A stretch of DNA of 64,000 nucleotides from Desulfobacterales bacterium. Its GTDB lineage: Bacteria; Desulfobacterota; Desulfobacteria; Desulfobacterales; UBA2174. Shown here piece after piece: positions 49,329 through 59,484 of the stretch. Position numbers and translations under genes: made by a program. Each line of letters opens with the position of its first letter. Position 1 is the first letter of the stretch. Location of the stretch: positions 64,001 through 128,000 of the forward strand of contig CAXXWC010000013.1 of assembly GCA_963668645.2 (NCBI GenBank), in the 5' to 3' direction. The notes under the pieces were generated by a model that worked only from the letters and a program-made list of their open reading frames with translations, was not told the origin of the DNA and did no database searches.

Positions 49329-49943
49329 TTATTTTTGAAATGATGCTGTAACTACACCAGCACCCATTAACATTGTCCCGTTTGCTTTGTTGAAAGTACT
49401 TTGAAACCTTGGCGATTTAACCTTACTGCCTAAATAGCCGGAAAACGTAGAGTAAAACGTTGTACTTGCAACTGCAACAAGCAAGAACGATACTGTGATA
49501 ATTGTTAATTGAGGTATAACTGGCTTTTTAGTATCTATGAACAATGGGAAAAAAGCGCTGTAAAATATTATGCCTTTTGGATTCAAAGCTGTTACAAGCA
49601 TTGCATCCTTGAACATTTTGCCTTTTTTAATAGACATAGTTTTAAATTTTTCTGCATTTGATTTTGTGCGCCATGCTTTTATACCAAGATAAAACAAATA
49701 TGCTGCGGCGATCCATTTAAAAATATTGAACAAAATTGCTGATGTAGCTAGCAAAACACCTAAACCAGCGAACGATAAACTCATCGCGACCAGGTCGCCA
49801 GAAAGAACGCCTGTCACCAGAGGTACAACAGACTTCTTGCCATGATTCAAGGATTGCCCAATAACAAGAAGAACAGTAGGTCCAGGCGAAAAGCACAAAA
49901 TCAATGAGGCAAAAATAAACGAAATCCAAATTTCGATACTCAA
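49329..49943 (-). CDS. LysE/RhtB translocator (cassette)
   Basis: SPGP, YLGIK.W, LNPKGIIFY; stop followed by a GGCTAACAAGGC half-attC. Confidence 0.9.
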   Translation of the reverse strand: MSIEIWISFIFASLILCFSPGPTVLLVIGQSLNHGKKSVVPLVTGVLSGDLVAMSLSFAGLGVLLATSAILFNIFKWIAAAYLFYLGIKAWRTKSNAEKFKTMSIKKGKMFKDAMLVTALNPKGIIFYSAFFPLFIDTKKPVIPQLTIITVSFLLVAVASTTFYSTFSGYLGSKVKSPRFQSTFNKANGTMLMGAGVVTASFQK

Positions 49944-49961
49944 TTTCTTCTCCTTTGAGGG

Positions 49962-50102
49962 CTAATGGGGTGCAAGTCCCCTATGTGTGAACCCTGTTAC
50001 TGGTTGTAATCATTAGCATAAATATTAGCCGACGGCAAGGGCGTTCCCGCGATGGAGGGCGTTCGAAGGAAGTCCGAGCGCAAAAACTCCTCCTTCCCTG
50101 AT
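49962..50102 (+). mobile_element. Internally deleted group IIC intron remnant
   Basis: CTAATGGGGTGCAAGTCCC domain I start fused to a ..CTCCTCCTTCCCTGAT 3' end. Confidence 0.75.
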
Positions 50103-50584
50103 TAACCGATGTTTTTGTATACAAAGAATCCGTGTCCCAGACTTGGATCTGGTTTGATTTTTTTGCTCAAAACAAAGCCGTTTCGTTCATAAAAATGATG
50201 GTTCCGAATTGAATAATCAGGAGTTTCAAGTACCCATAATGATTCAATTGAATACAGGTTCATCACACCCCTTAAAAGCTTGCTGCCGATCCCTTTTCCT
50301 ATAAAATTTCTGCTGAGAAATATCCCAAAGAGCTCATAATGATTTGGATGTGTTTTTACGATGCAACCACCAGCGATCGTATTATAAACCACACATTTGA
50401 AATAATCGTGGTTTCTCAACCAGTTCATGTGATAATGAATTTTGTTATTTCCAGGAGGACTTCCAGGTTTTACGTTGTCTGGTTTATACCTTTCATCATC
50501 AACAAACGCTGAAATTGCGCATAAACGCAACGCCTCTAAATCGTTTTCTTCAGCCATTTGAATAATTATATTATCATCTCTCAT
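50102..50584 (-). CDS. GNAT acetyltransferase (cassette)
   Basis: FIGKGIGSKL, RNHHFYERNGF. Confidence 0.88.
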   Translation of the reverse strand: MRDDNIIIQMAEENDLEALRLCAISAFVDDERYKPDNVKPGSPPGNNKIHYHMNWLRNHDYFKCVVYNTIAGGCIVKTHPNHYELFGIFLSRNFIGKGIGSKLLRGVMNLYSIESLWVLETPDYSIRNHHFYERNGFVLSKKIKPDPSLGHGFFVYKNIG

Positions 50585-50588
50585 GGCC

Positions 50589-50711
50589 GGCCAACGTCGC
50601 TGTTAAGCGTTGCCTCGCGATGGCTTTGTTGTGCCATCATTGTTGCCGAATAGCACCTTTTCAGCCAATTGCACATCACTGTGAAGAAATCATCCTTTGC
50701 ATATGTTCGCA
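50589..50711 (-). other. Degenerate attC site
   Basis: Minus strand TGCGAAC ... GCTTAACAGCGAC-GTTGGCC; poor internal pairing. Confidence 0.45.
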
Positions 50712-51238
50712 TTATTCATATGCAACCATTCGACTTTATTTAATTTCATTCTTATGACATTCCAGCTTTCGTTTTGGAATTGTCGTGCATCTTTCATGAA
50801 TTGAAACTCAGCAAATCCTATGCTCCTGTAAACATCGATTGCAGGCGTATTAAAATCAAAAACTCCAAGGGTGATTTCAGCCAAATGCATATTTCCGAAG
50901 GCAAATTTGACAGCCTCCTCCACCATCGCTTTACCAAAACCATTACCACGATATTTTCGAAATATTAACACCCTACCGAGAATACAACTCCCAGCATTGT
51001 AATCAATATCCATCAGTTGAATATGACCTACGATTTCAATAGTATCCGATCTGATGACTCTGAAGGCTTTAAGCGGTGGTTTCTCTCCGTTGGTATTTGC
51101 CAAAGTATCATTTAACTGAGCAGCATCCAGAGGAAAGGTATATTTTGGACCTGCCCACTGAAGAAGAAACCGGGTGTCAGGAATTTCAGCTATCAACTGA
51201 CTAAAGTCGTCTTCGTTAAATGGCTGTAACTTTATCAA
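50690..51238 (-). CDS. GNAT acetyltransferase, RimJ/RimL-like (cassette)
   Basis: RGNGFG, LGVFDFN..AI..Y..IGF; GGAG 6 nt before TTG 51238. Confidence 0.88.
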   Translation of the reverse strand: MIKLQPFNEDDFSQLIAEIPDTRFLLQWAGPKYTFPLDAAQLNDTLANTNGEKPPLKAFRVIRSDTIEIVGHIQLMDIDYNAGSCILGRVLIFRKYRGNGFGKAMVEEAVKFAFGNMHLAEITLGVFDFNTPAIDVYRSIGFAEFQFMKDARQFQNESWNVIRMKLNKVEWLHMNNANICKG

Positions 51239-51255
51239 TTCATGCTCCAGGATGT

Positions 51256-51460
51256 GTACGCCCGGCATGGGCGTAAACTAATGGGATGCAAGTCCCCTGT
51301 GTGTGAACCCTGTTAAAGGTTGTAATCATAAGCATAAACATTAGCCGACGGCAAGAGCGTTCCCGCGAGGGAACGTTCGAAGGAAGCCCGAGCGCAAAGC
51401 TGTGAGCCAAGCCTGCCCCGGACCTGATCCAGGGAACATAATCATGCTCATGAGGCCACT
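51256..51460 (+). mobile_element. Group IIC intron 5' remnant
   Basis: GTACGCCCGGCATGGGCGTAAACTAATGGGATGCAAGTCCC; homologous to 52529 onward. Confidence 0.8.
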
Positions 51461-51582
51461 GTACACAATGGAGCCGTTAGAGTTCAGATCGAATTTTTAA
51501 AGATCAACGACAACGCCACCAGCACCGGCAAGCCGGAGCCGACAATCGGCCTCAGGGGTGCCCCTAAATGGGATTGCACCCT

Positions 51583-52107
51583 CTACTTCATTATTTTTTC
51601 AAAACGGAAGAAATCTGCGAAATAATCAATATCAGGCAACTGTTCTTTTTCTTCTTTTTCATTTGGATCTTTATGATACTTATTAAAATACTCCACAATA
51701 TGGAAACCACATTTGTTTACATAGAAATGTATATTTCGTTTTTCAAAGTATGGAGTATGGGTTTCCCATACCTTGGTTTCGGGATATAATTTTTCAATCG
51801 TATTCCAAATAGACTGCCCTACGCCTTTACTGTGAATTCCTTTTTTAACATACAAAAAATTAAGATGATTATGTTGTGTTTTGTTATCTATCAAAACAAC
51901 AGCTCCGCCAACAAGATCTCCAGCAAGTAGAGCCTCGTAAGCAAAAGAACTTTTAGCAGAGAGAGAACGATCTATATGACTTTCGGGAAGTATCTCTATA
52001 TCTATTTCACTAAATCCATCAACTGCACCTTGTTGAAATGCTTCCTGCATATCTTTCTTAAATTGAGCCAAGTGTTTCGGGTTGAGTGGCAACAATTGAA
52101 AGTTCAT
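51583..52107 (-). CDS. GNAT acetyltransferase (cassette)
   Basis: HSKGVG, WETHTPYFEKRNIHFYVNKCGF. Confidence 0.88.
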   Translation of the reverse strand: MNFQLLPLNPKHLAQFKKDMQEAFQQGAVDGFSEIDIEILPESHIDRSLSAKSSFAYEALLAGDLVGGAVVLIDNKTQHNHLNFLYVKKGIHSKGVGQSIWNTIEKLYPETKVWETHTPYFEKRNIHFYVNKCGFHIVEYFNKYHKDPNEKEEKEQLPDIDYFADFFRFEKIMK

Positions 52108-52462
52108 TCAGTATTCTCCCTATACTATAATTATTATGCCCAATACGATTGCGGTGAAACATAGCAATTATTTGCATTTAAATCTATGTATTTGTGATAT
52201 ATTCAATATTTGTAAAGATGTCGAACTGTCTCGAATAGGAAAGATGTTGTGCCTTCGGTATAGAAATAGGTTCATGAAATCTTTTTCCTCTGCTTTCGTA
52301 TAAACGGTATTAAGATCGCTATATGTAATTTACATATACTGAATAATATATTTTTTTGACGTAGATTCTTGGAACGATAGTAACTTATACGTTCTTCTAA
52401 AATAAACAATTCATTGATAACATGAATACTAATATTTTTTCCCGACGTGCGAGCAGCGCCGA

Positions 52463-52528
52463 GCTACGCCTGTTTCAGCGGTTTTGTGAGGAGCACAGCC
52501 ACGATCAAAATCCGCTGTAAACATTTGT
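52463..52528 (-). other. attC-like hairpin interrupted by a group IIC intron
   Basis: TGTTTCAGCGGTTTTG...CAAAATCCGCTGTAAACA arms, then TTGT|GTATGCCC. Confidence 0.7.
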
Positions 52529-52920
52529 GTATGCCCGGCACGGGTGTGAACTAATGGGGTGCAAGTCCCCTGTGTGTGAACCCTGTTAATGGCCGTAATC
52601 ATAAGCATAAACATTAGCCGACGGCAGGGGTGTGTCCGCGAGGGGGCGTTCGAAGGAAGCCCGAGCGCAAAGCTGTGGGGCAAGCCTGCCCTGGATCCGA
52701 TTCGGGGAACAGAAACATCATACAAGGTCCAGTCTACGGGTAAGCCAGCACAACATGGCAAAGCCTCGGGTTCAGGAGATAGGGTAAATGATGCGGTTGT
52801 GCGGCAACAGTTCACGTCCTTATCCGGGGCGGCCTGTCAGGCATGCGGCCCTCGGGCAGCGTCCGGTCCGGTAACGGCCCGGGTAATGTGGCAGGAGTCA
52901 GCAGAGGTCATAAGGCGCAG
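52529..52920 (+). mobile_element. Group IIC(-attC) intron 5' remnant (domains I-III region, no RT)
   Basis: GTATGCCCGGCACGGG...GGGTGCAAGTCCC...GGAGTCAGCAGAGGTCATA. Confidence 0.85.
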
Positions 52921-52947
52921 GGCGCCAATAAGGTAGCGCATGGGCTA

Positions 52948-53253
52948 TTATCCTGTCTGAGCATGAAGAGAATGGACTTCGTCGTCAAGTCTGCCTGCCA
53001 AAAAATCCTCAGTCATCTCAAGATCGTATCGAGTTTGAAGATTAAGCCAAAACTGAGGTGACATGTCGAAATAACGTCCAAGCCGAAGAGCAGTGTCTGC
53101 TGTAATTGATCTTTTTCCATGCACGATTTCATTTATGCGCCTTGGAGGCACACTAATATCTTTTGCCAAACGATATTGACTGATTCCCATAGGCTCTAAA
53201 AATTCATCCATGAGAATTTCTCCAGGATGGATAGGGGGCAGTTGTTTGCTCAT
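52948..53253 (-). CDS. higA: HigA antitoxin
   Basis: PIHPGEIL..EFL, RINEIVHGKRSITADTALRL, FWLNLQ. Confidence 0.95.
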   Translation of the reverse strand: MSKQLPPIHPGEILMDEFLEPMGISQYRLAKDISVPPRRINEIVHGKRSITADTALRLGRYFDMSPQFWLNLQTRYDLEMTEDFLAGRLDDEVHSLHAQTG

Positions 53254-53261
53254 ATAACCTC

Positions 53262-53543
53262 CTAATGATAATCTGTTATCTCAACATCATAAGCATCACC
53301 ACCGCTCCACATAAAACAAATCCGCCATTGGTCGTTAATGCGTATGCTGTGTTGGCCTTTTCGGTCTCTTTCCAATGCCTCCAGTCGATTACCTGGTGGC
53401 GTGCTTAAATCATTCAATTGCACCGCAGCATCAAGAATTACCAATTTCTTCCTCGCAATACGCTGAATATCCTGAGGCAATTTTCTTGAAATTTGCCGGC
53501 TGAATATTTTTTCCGTCTCTTTATCTTGAAAGGATTTTATCAT
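53262..53543 (-). CDS. higB: HigB (RelE/ParE) toxin
   Basis: MIKSF.DKETE, PPGNRLEAL, QHSIRINDQWRICF, EITDYH. Confidence 0.95.
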   Translation of the reverse strand: MIKSFQDKETEKIFSRQISRKLPQDIQRIARKKLVILDAAVQLNDLSTPPGNRLEALERDRKGQHSIRINDQWRICFMWSGGDAYDVEITDYH

Positions 53544-53550
53544 TGCAAGA

Positions 53551-53579
53551 ATAATAACGCAATGCGATAATAACGTCAA
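53551..53579 (-). promoter_or_regulatory. higBA sigma70 promoter with an imperfect palindromic operator
   Basis: Minus strand TTGACG-17 bp-TATTAT; the spacer contains TATCGCATTGCGTTA. Confidence 0.7.
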
Positions 53580-53864
53580 GCATTATGTATGAAATTGGTT
53601 TGATTCTGGTCGGTTATAAGGTGGCGCATCGGCTGCAAACGAGGCGCGACCCGGCACGCTGCCGGAGGATATCCCGCGCAGAACTCACCCCGCTGAAGGA
53701 CCGAACGCAAAACAGGCAAGGAGCCTCCATGAGCTGGCATTACACGACGAGACCGCCCGGTGGATTGTCGATTTCCCAAAACTTTGCAATTTGAATTACC
53801 GTAAGCGTTCGGCAAACCGCACCCCAACCGCCCGATAAGCCTGGTTTCGCGTTCCGTCTGAAGT

Positions 53865-55409
53865 CTATTGAGAGCGGTTGTAGGGGAGCAGCTTGCGGTA
53901 ATCTTCTTCGGTTTTTGCCAGCGGCAGGTTTTCGAACAGGTAGGTCAGATAATCGTACACCTTCCAGCCATTGGCCTTGGCGGTTTCGATCAGACTGTAA
54001 TACACGGCGGCGGCACGAGCGCCGTCCGGGTTGCCGGCGAACAGCCAATTTTTTCTGCCTAGCACAAACGGTCGGATCGCATTTTCCGCCAGGTTATTGT
54101 CCGGCCGCAACCGGCCATCCTCAAGATAGCCGACCAGGCGCTGCCAATTGTTGAGCGTGTAAAGAATAGCCTTGCCGAGCAGCCCTTTGGGAGGCGTCGC
54201 CAAGGTTTTCGCGTCCATCCAGGCCTTGAACTCGTCGAGAACCGGTTTGGCTTCCCGCTGGCGCAGATCGCGGATGGCATCCGAATCCAGCCCGGCTTCA
54301 CGTGCCTTCTTTTCCACGGCGTACAGCCGGCCGATATACTCCAGGGCCTGCTCAGCGCTGCCTTTGCGTTTGGCTCCTCCACGGGCCTTGATGACTTCGT
54401 CGAACTTGCGCCGGGCATGTGACCAGCAGCCTAACAACACCACGCCTTCTTGCCTGCCCAATGCGTCATACCCGCTGTAGGCATCGCATTGCACATAGCC
54501 TTGGTATCCACTCAGATAGTCAAGCGGGATTTGCCCCGAACGGCTCGGATGATATTCGAACACCAATACCGGCCGGTCCGGCTGCCCTCCTCGAAACAGC
54601 CACATATAGGATTTGCTGGTGTCGGCCTTGCCCGGTTCTTTCATCACCTGAACCGTGGTCTCATCAACGTTCACCACCGGGCCGGATCGGATTTCCTGAC
54701 CCATCAGGTCCATTAGCGGCCGGGCCAAGTCGGCCACCTTGATCAGCCAAGTGCACATGGTCGAACGGGGCAGGTCGATACCAATGCGCAAAAAGATTTT
54801 TTCCTGCCGATACAATGGCAGGGCGTCTTCGAACTTGGAACAGACGATATGGGCTACCAGCGATCCGGTAGCAAACGACTTGGGGATCAGTTGGGGCGGC
54901 ACCGGAGCGATCTTGACGGTCGGGCCATCATCTTCAACCCCATCACAGGTTTTGCAAGCGTATTTGGGGCGAATATGACGTTCGACCACCATCGTTGCAG
55001 GCGTATAACGCAGTTTCTCGCAGACCTCTTCGCCAATCTTGCAAAGCGACTGGCCGCAGACACAAACTTTCTCGGATTCATCCAGATCGTGAATAATGTC
55101 TTCGTGAGGCAGATCGGCCGGCAGTGGCTTGCGGACCGGCTTGCGGCGTGTATGGCCTTCCACTGGCTGCCGGTCTTCGGGTTCATCGATCGCATCCAGT
55201 GGCTCTTCTTCAGATTCTTCGAAAAGAGAAAATTGACGACTGTCGGCAACAGATCTTTTCTCGGACTTTCTACCGAATATTTCGTTCTTCAACAACCGGT
55301 TCACTTCTTCCAAATGTTCAATCCGGCGCTGATATTCATTGAGCAATGAAACGATGATTTGTTTGAGCTGAGCAGGATCATCAGGAAGGTTTTGGACATC
55401 AAAATTCAT
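53865..55409 (-). CDS. tnpC: IS66 DDE transposase
   Basis: FGRKSE, LPLYRQ, VDET, CWSHARRKF, DNNLAENAIR. Confidence 0.95.
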   Translation of the reverse strand: MNFDVQNLPDDPAQLKQIIVSLLNEYQRRIEHLEEVNRLLKNEIFGRKSEKRSVADSRQFSLFEESEEEPLDAIDEPEDRQPVEGHTRRKPVRKPLPADLPHEDIIHDLDESEKVCVCGQSLCKIGEEVCEKLRYTPATMVVERHIRPKYACKTCDGVEDDGPTVKIAPVPPQLIPKSFATGSLVAHIVCSKFEDALPLYRQEKIFLRIGIDLPRSTMCTWLIKVADLARPLMDLMGQEIRSGPVVNVDETTVQVMKEPGKADTSKSYMWLFRGGQPDRPVLVFEYHPSRSGQIPLDYLSGYQGYVQCDAYSGYDALGRQEGVVLLGCWSHARRKFDEVIKARGGAKRKGSAEQALEYIGRLYAVEKKAREAGLDSDAIRDLRQREAKPVLDEFKAWMDAKTLATPPKGLLGKAILYTLNNWQRLVGYLEDGRLRPDNNLAENAIRPFVLGRKNWLFAGNPDGARAAAVYYSLIETAKANGWKVYDYLTYLFENLPLAKTEEDYRKLLPYNRSQ

Positions 55410-55476
55410 GGTAAATTCAATACCGTAAAGCCACAAATTTGGCAATCTTTTTCTCGATTAAAAATAAAAAAATCTT

Positions 55477-55830
55477 TCATACCAGCGTTTCGTAGTGCAG
55501 CTCTTTATGCGCATGCCGCTGGCCAATCTCAAGCCCTTCCAACAGCCAACTCAACTGGCGAAGATCCAGTTCCATGACTTCGTCGGGGCGCTCCGGCCAG
55601 ATGAAAAACTCCTTCTCCAAACGCTTGTGCCAGAGACAAAAACCGTTTCGATCCCAGTACAGGATTTTGATCATGTTCCGGCGCCGATTACAAAAGGCGA
55701 ACAGGTGGCCGGAAAATGGGTCGAACTCAAGTCGATCTTCGACCAGAATCGAAAGCCCATTGATGGCTTTGCGCATGTCAGTGCTGCCGGTCGCCAGGTA
55801 AATGCGGGTATGCGATGGCAAAAACATCAC
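55477..55830 (-). CDS. tnpB: IS66 accessory protein
   Basis: TDMRK.INGL, KILYWDRNGF. Confidence 0.95.
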   Translation of the reverse strand: MMFLPSHTRIYLATGSTDMRKAINGLSILVEDRLEFDPFSGHLFAFCNRRRNMIKILYWDRNGFCLWHKRLEKEFFIWPERPDEVMELDLRQLSWLLEGLEIGQRHAHKELHYETLV

Positions 55831-56171
55831 AGCCGCTCCAGCACGTGCAACAACTGCCGCAGGGCCACCGGATCAAAGTCACGCTCTACCTCGACACAAT
55901 GGCTGGAGGAAACCACAAGCCGCAGCGGTCGGTGGTCCGTGGTGGTGATGGCCCCGGTCGCCACCGGAGGCAACTGAACCTCGACCAGGGAGATCGCAGT
56001 CGCGTCCGCACCCCGGTACTTTTTTCTCCAGTAGATAAAACAGTGCAGCTTGAGTGAGTGCTGCCGGCAATATTCGCTCTGGTTCCGCCCGCTTCGTTTC
56101 CATCGCTCAACGTGCTGTCGCCAAAACCGCCGCTTGACCTCCAGAGCCTCTGCTCGTTGCTTCCGTGTCAC
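55827..56171 (-). CDS. tnpA: IS66 accessory HTH protein
   Basis: W..HV..W..SG.....YC..H.L....F.YW. Confidence 0.88.
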   Translation of the reverse strand: MTRKQRAEALEVKRRFWRQHVERWKRSGRNQSEYCRQHSLKLHCFIYWRKKYRGADATAISLVEVQLPPVATGAITTTDHRPLRLVVSSSHCVEVERDFDPVALRQLLHVLERL

Positions 56172-56545
56172 GATGATGCCTCCTTGGCTGAAATAGTCTA
56201 CGGCCTACGGAGTCAACCTGTGACAAATTTCCAAGCGCTTGAGAAGATGCGGTTGCCCGGACGCTTACGAATTACCGTGTGCTTATGTGCAATGAGATCC
56301 TCGCGAAAACTGCCAACATACTGAAAGCGCATAAAATCAAAGCTCCGCAACAGGTCTTATTCACTGGAAAATCAGTCCTAAAAAGCGGTGAAAATTGTAG
56401 GCACATGCTGAATATCGTTCATTGTCGGGAATGCCCTTGGGTTAAGGAGTTGTGGCAATTCCATGTTGCTACGTTTCCCAAACCCAGGTTAGGAGGGCGG
56501 AGAGTTGGAGAGTAACTCCGCCCCTTATCCAAGTTAAATTGCCCT

Positions 56546-56637
56546 TTTTAGAGCCAAAAACGCGAATATTGAGTTGTTTTAGGGCCAATTTTTTCTCTAA
56601 CCTTATTGATTTATGATTCTTTTCATGGTCCGACCCC
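56546..56637. repeat. ~92-bp dispersed repeat, copy 3 (preceded by an intron domain VI-like end at 56490-56534)
   Basis: Aligns to copies 1 and 2. Confidence 0.85.
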
Positions 56638-56646
56638 ATGATCTCG

Positions 56647-56951
56647 GCTGTGAGCCAAGCCTGCCCCGGACCCGATCCGGGGAACAGAAACATCATACAA
56701 GGCCCAGTCTCCGGGTAAGCCATCACAACATGACAAAGCCCCGGGTTCAGGAGATAGGGTAAACCAACCAGTAGCCGAAGGATCAGGGACTGGTACCTGT
56801 CAAAGAACTGTGGGTGAAAATCCACTACCTGGCTACGGTCCGGTAAGTTTTCGCGAACCGCCTAGTGCACGCCCATCGGAAGTGCCCTTGGGGGAGACCC
56901 GCATGCTATGTGATGTGGGGAGGGGGAAAGAGAAACTCCCCCTTACCCGAT
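56647..56951 (+). mobile_element. Internally deleted group IIC intron (partial DI, IEP C-terminus, DV/DVI)
   Basis: Encodes KDQGLVPVKELWVKIHY; GAACCGCC...ACCCGCATGC; ends CCCCTTACCCGAT beside the cassette stop codon. Confidence 0.85.
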
Positions 56952-56959
56952 TATGTGTT

Positions 56960-57583
56960 TTATTTTACTTTTCCATCTTTATCGAATGCGATGGTTTTGC
57001 CTCTTTTGTAAAGAAAACCATCTATCTGATAATCTTCAGCCAATTTGCAGCTTTTAATATTACCATTTTCATAAAGATTGACATTAGTCAAAAGGCTGGC
57101 CTCACAGGGGACTCCTCCAACAATTACATCTTCAGGCGGAAAGAAACTTCTCAGTTTACCACTCTTATAAAATCCGGTATGAGTCCCTTTGTAACCCCCA
57201 CTACCTCCACAGACATATCCCTGCACTTCATAATCGTGGAGAAAAGAAAATACATATCCAGATCGATTAGCATCATAAGGAAAATGAACCCAGGTATGAA
57301 CAGGAACAAGAGTACCATTATATATAAAATCTTCACATAACTGACAAGATAGCAATCGCCAATCTTTCTTAAAATGTATCCAACCTTTTTCACAAGGAAA
57401 ACCTTGAATAGTATGGTTATCAGTCATAAAGCCAGTGTTTGTTCCACCCTTAGATTGATATATCTTTTTGAAATTGATACCGTTTTCCTCAACATCATAT
57501 ACCCATTTTTTGCACCCAATAAAACTGAGATTAATCATAAGAAATAAGATTAGCAGTAGTATCTTTTTGTTTCTTTTTTTCAT
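56960..57583 (-). CDS. Hypothetical lipoprotein (cassette)
   Basis: Basic N-terminus, hydrophobic stretch, FIGC lipobox; repeated G.PC...FY.SG.L.S units. Confidence 0.8.
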   Translation of the reverse strand: MKKRNKKILLLILFLMINLSFIGCKKWVYDVEENGINFKKIYQSKGGTNTGFMTDNHTIQGFPCEKGWIHFKKDWRLLSCQLCEDFIYNGTLVPVHTWVHFPYDANRSGYVFSFLHDYEVQGYVCGGSGGYKGTHTGFYKSGKLRSFFPPEDVIVGGVPCEASLLTNVNLYENGNIKSCKLAEDYQIDGFLYKRGKTIAFDKDGKVK

Positions 57584-57631
57584 AATATTAGACCAATCAC
57601 TTGAATGCTTAATATATTGAATGTTGATAAG

Positions 57632-57691
57632 TTTGAACGTTGCTAATCAGCCGCGCGGCTTTTTGCGTCGGCTGAATTAGCCTTGTTAGGC
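57632..57691 (-). other. attC site
   Basis: GCCTAAC-AAGGCTAATTCAGCCGAC...GCGGCTGATTAGCAAC-GTTCAAA. Confidence 0.9.
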
Positions 57692-57701
57692 GACAACCGT
57701 T

Positions 57702-58529
57702 TCATTTCCCACCTATGCCAATTGCCCAAATGATGAACGCAATTATCACTCCTGTGACGATAGCAAGAGAGGCTTTAAATATTTCCATCTTGATTTCGCC
57801 TGGAACCCTCTTGGATGAGTGAGCCTCAGTTTGTCTCTGACCTGGTAGAAAAGCTCCACGGACCAAGAATAAAAACATCATCACCGCCATGAATACGGTC
57901 GGTATTAATGGCCATATAGCATCAAATCGATACTTGGCGTGGACATCTCCTTCGCGTTCGAACAAGAAAGTTACTCTTGGACCTTGGAACCAGCCTGAAG
58001 GTTTTTGAGAACTAACCTTTGAACTAGGCACCCACGCTTCGAACTCTGCTAGCGACCAACTCTTTGTGTGATTTGTCCATATGTGCTTTAGTTGTGTCCC
58101 TGATATTAGTTCCCCAATCTTGTCTGAGTTGGTTCGAATTCTTACGTTCTCCTTGGGCAACTTCACTGTCAAGACACCTTCAATGTTTTTGGTCGATTCC
58201 CGCCAGATCCAAACATAGCCTTGGACTAGAGTATAGTTACCCTCGATTAGGACTTTACGCATAGCGAAATTTTTATCGAGCCAGCCTATCTTAACCTTCC
58301 CTTCAGGATCGCTAAAGAGATTCACTTTAGATTCGGAGTAAATGGGAGGCATATTAGGATCAGCTTCAACGAGCATTTGATTAGTCCCTACTGGCTCGTA
58401 GAAGAATCCGCCAATGAACGAAGTTAAAGCATATATTGATAATACTGTGAGGATCGCCAATGCAATCCAAGCTATTGCTCTAAAGATAGAAGGCTTAGAA
58501 CCAATAAAATATTTCTGGCTACCACTCAT
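57702..58529 (-). CDS. Hypothetical membrane protein (cassette)
   Basis: One N-terminal and two C-terminal TM helices around a beta-rich, possibly SH3-like domain. Confidence 0.8.
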   Translation of the reverse strand: MSGSQKYFIGSKPSIFRAIAWIALAILTVLSIYALTSFIGGFFYEPVGTNQMLVEADPNMPPIYSESKVNLFSDPEGKVKIGWLDKNFAMRKVLIEGNYTLVQGYVWIWRESTKNIEGVLTVKLPKENVRIRTNSDKIGELISGTQLKHIWTNHTKSWSLAEFEAWVPSSKVSSQKPSGWFQGPRVTFLFEREGDVHAKYRFDAIWPLIPTVFMAVMMFLFLVRGAFLPGQRQTEAHSSKRVPGEIKMEIFKASLAIVTGVIIAFIIWAIGIGGK

Positions 58530-58552
58530 TTTTTCTTACACTACCTCCCATC

Positions 58553-58614
58553 GCCTAACGCCAGGCATAAGGCGCGGCGGCTTTTTGAGGTCGCCCTTAA
58601 TGCCTTTGTTGGCG
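58553..58614 (-). other. attC site
   Basis: CGCCAAC-AAAGGCATTAAGGGCG...CGCCTTATGCCTGGC-GTTAGGC. Confidence 0.9.
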
Positions 58615-59484
58615 ATTTTTTACTTCATTATAGGCAATTTTTAAGTTATCAGCCATAGAACGTAGGCCTTTACAGTCATCAGGGTTGCAGTTTTTACAAT
58701 AATCTACACATTCCGTGTAAAGGTGTTCGGTAGAAAATGATTTCACATGTCGCCCGCTAACCTCAGCAACTCTTTTTTTAATGATATTTATTATAGCATT
58801 TGTTAAAAAGTGACCTTTTATTAAATATCTCAATTCACGTTTTTCGGTTTCAATTAATTCTTTAACTTCTAAAATCTCTTCTTCTTGAAAATTAGTCTTT
58901 ATTGACTTTATAAACAAAGCGATTTTATAGGTAGATAATGATACTGATTTATTTGATTTTAGAAATTTCGTACAATTATCTCCAAAAACAGAGACTCCTT
59001 TTTGGCACCTATGATTTGCAATATCGTATATCAATAGATCTCGGCAATTATTTATAAATTCGATAAAATATTGTTCTGCAATTAAATCATACTTTATCAA
59101 TGTTCTTGATAATTTTCTTATAATGTTTGAAATAGAAGATGGGCAATACATTGAATTTTCAATTGAATATCCGTATGGCTGAACAACTTGCTTATTTTCA
59201 AAAATATTCTGACAGAATGGAGAATGATCCCTGTCGCAGGCAACTATGATTGATGCATCCTCATTTATGATTTTTTCTATTTTTTTTAAGAGTTCATTTT
59301 TACAACCAGCGACTTCAATTCTAGCTCCTAACAAACCAGCTTTGTTAGATATTACGTTCCAGAACAATATATCATCGTCGCCTTCAACAAAAATTACTAC
59401 ATCACAATCGTGAAAGTAGTTTAGTACATTTAAGGCTTCTGCAGAGTATTCTGGAACAGAATGAATTTCATTGGAGTCAATCAT
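58597..59484 (-). CDS. DUF4435 Toprim-like nuclease (PARIS AriB-like)
   Basis: VIFVEGDDD..FW, CDRD, YSIEN, KGH; ATGA overlap with the ATPase gene. Confidence 0.8.
   Translation of the reverse strand: MIDSNEIHSVPEYSAEALNVLNYFHDCDVVIFVEGDDDILFWNVISNKAGLLGARIEVAGCKNELLKKIEKIINEDASIIVACDRDHSPFCQNIFENKQVVQPYGYSIENSMYCPSSISNIIRKLSRTLIKYDLIAEQYFIEFINNCRDLLIYDIANHRCQKGVSVFGDNCTKFLKSNKSVSLSTYKIALFIKSIKTNFQEEEILEVKELIETEKRELRYLIKGHFLTNAIINIIKKRVAEVSGRHVKSFSTEHLYTECVDYCKNCNPDDCKGLRSMADNLKIAYNEVKNRQQRH

Larger units (their letters stand above)
53801..56268 (-). mobile_element. IS66-family insertion sequence, apparently intact
   Basis: Terminal IRs GTAAGCGTTCGGCAAACCGCA / GTAAGCGTCCGGGCAACCGCA; 8-bp target duplication GAATTACC. 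Confidence 0.95.

Noticed and set aside
52140..52440. AT-rich fragment that may be a decayed cassette gene
   Set aside because: No start codon or intact frame; cannot assign
53610..53800. Possible attC arm upstream of higB
   Set aside because: Core box is mutated (TATAAG) and the complementary arm is missing
56546..56637. 92-bp repeat as a Tn3 inverted repeat, dif site or IHF site
   Set aside because: Only the GGGGTC end fits Tn3; all copies are in direct orientation, and the spacing misses the IHF and dif consensus
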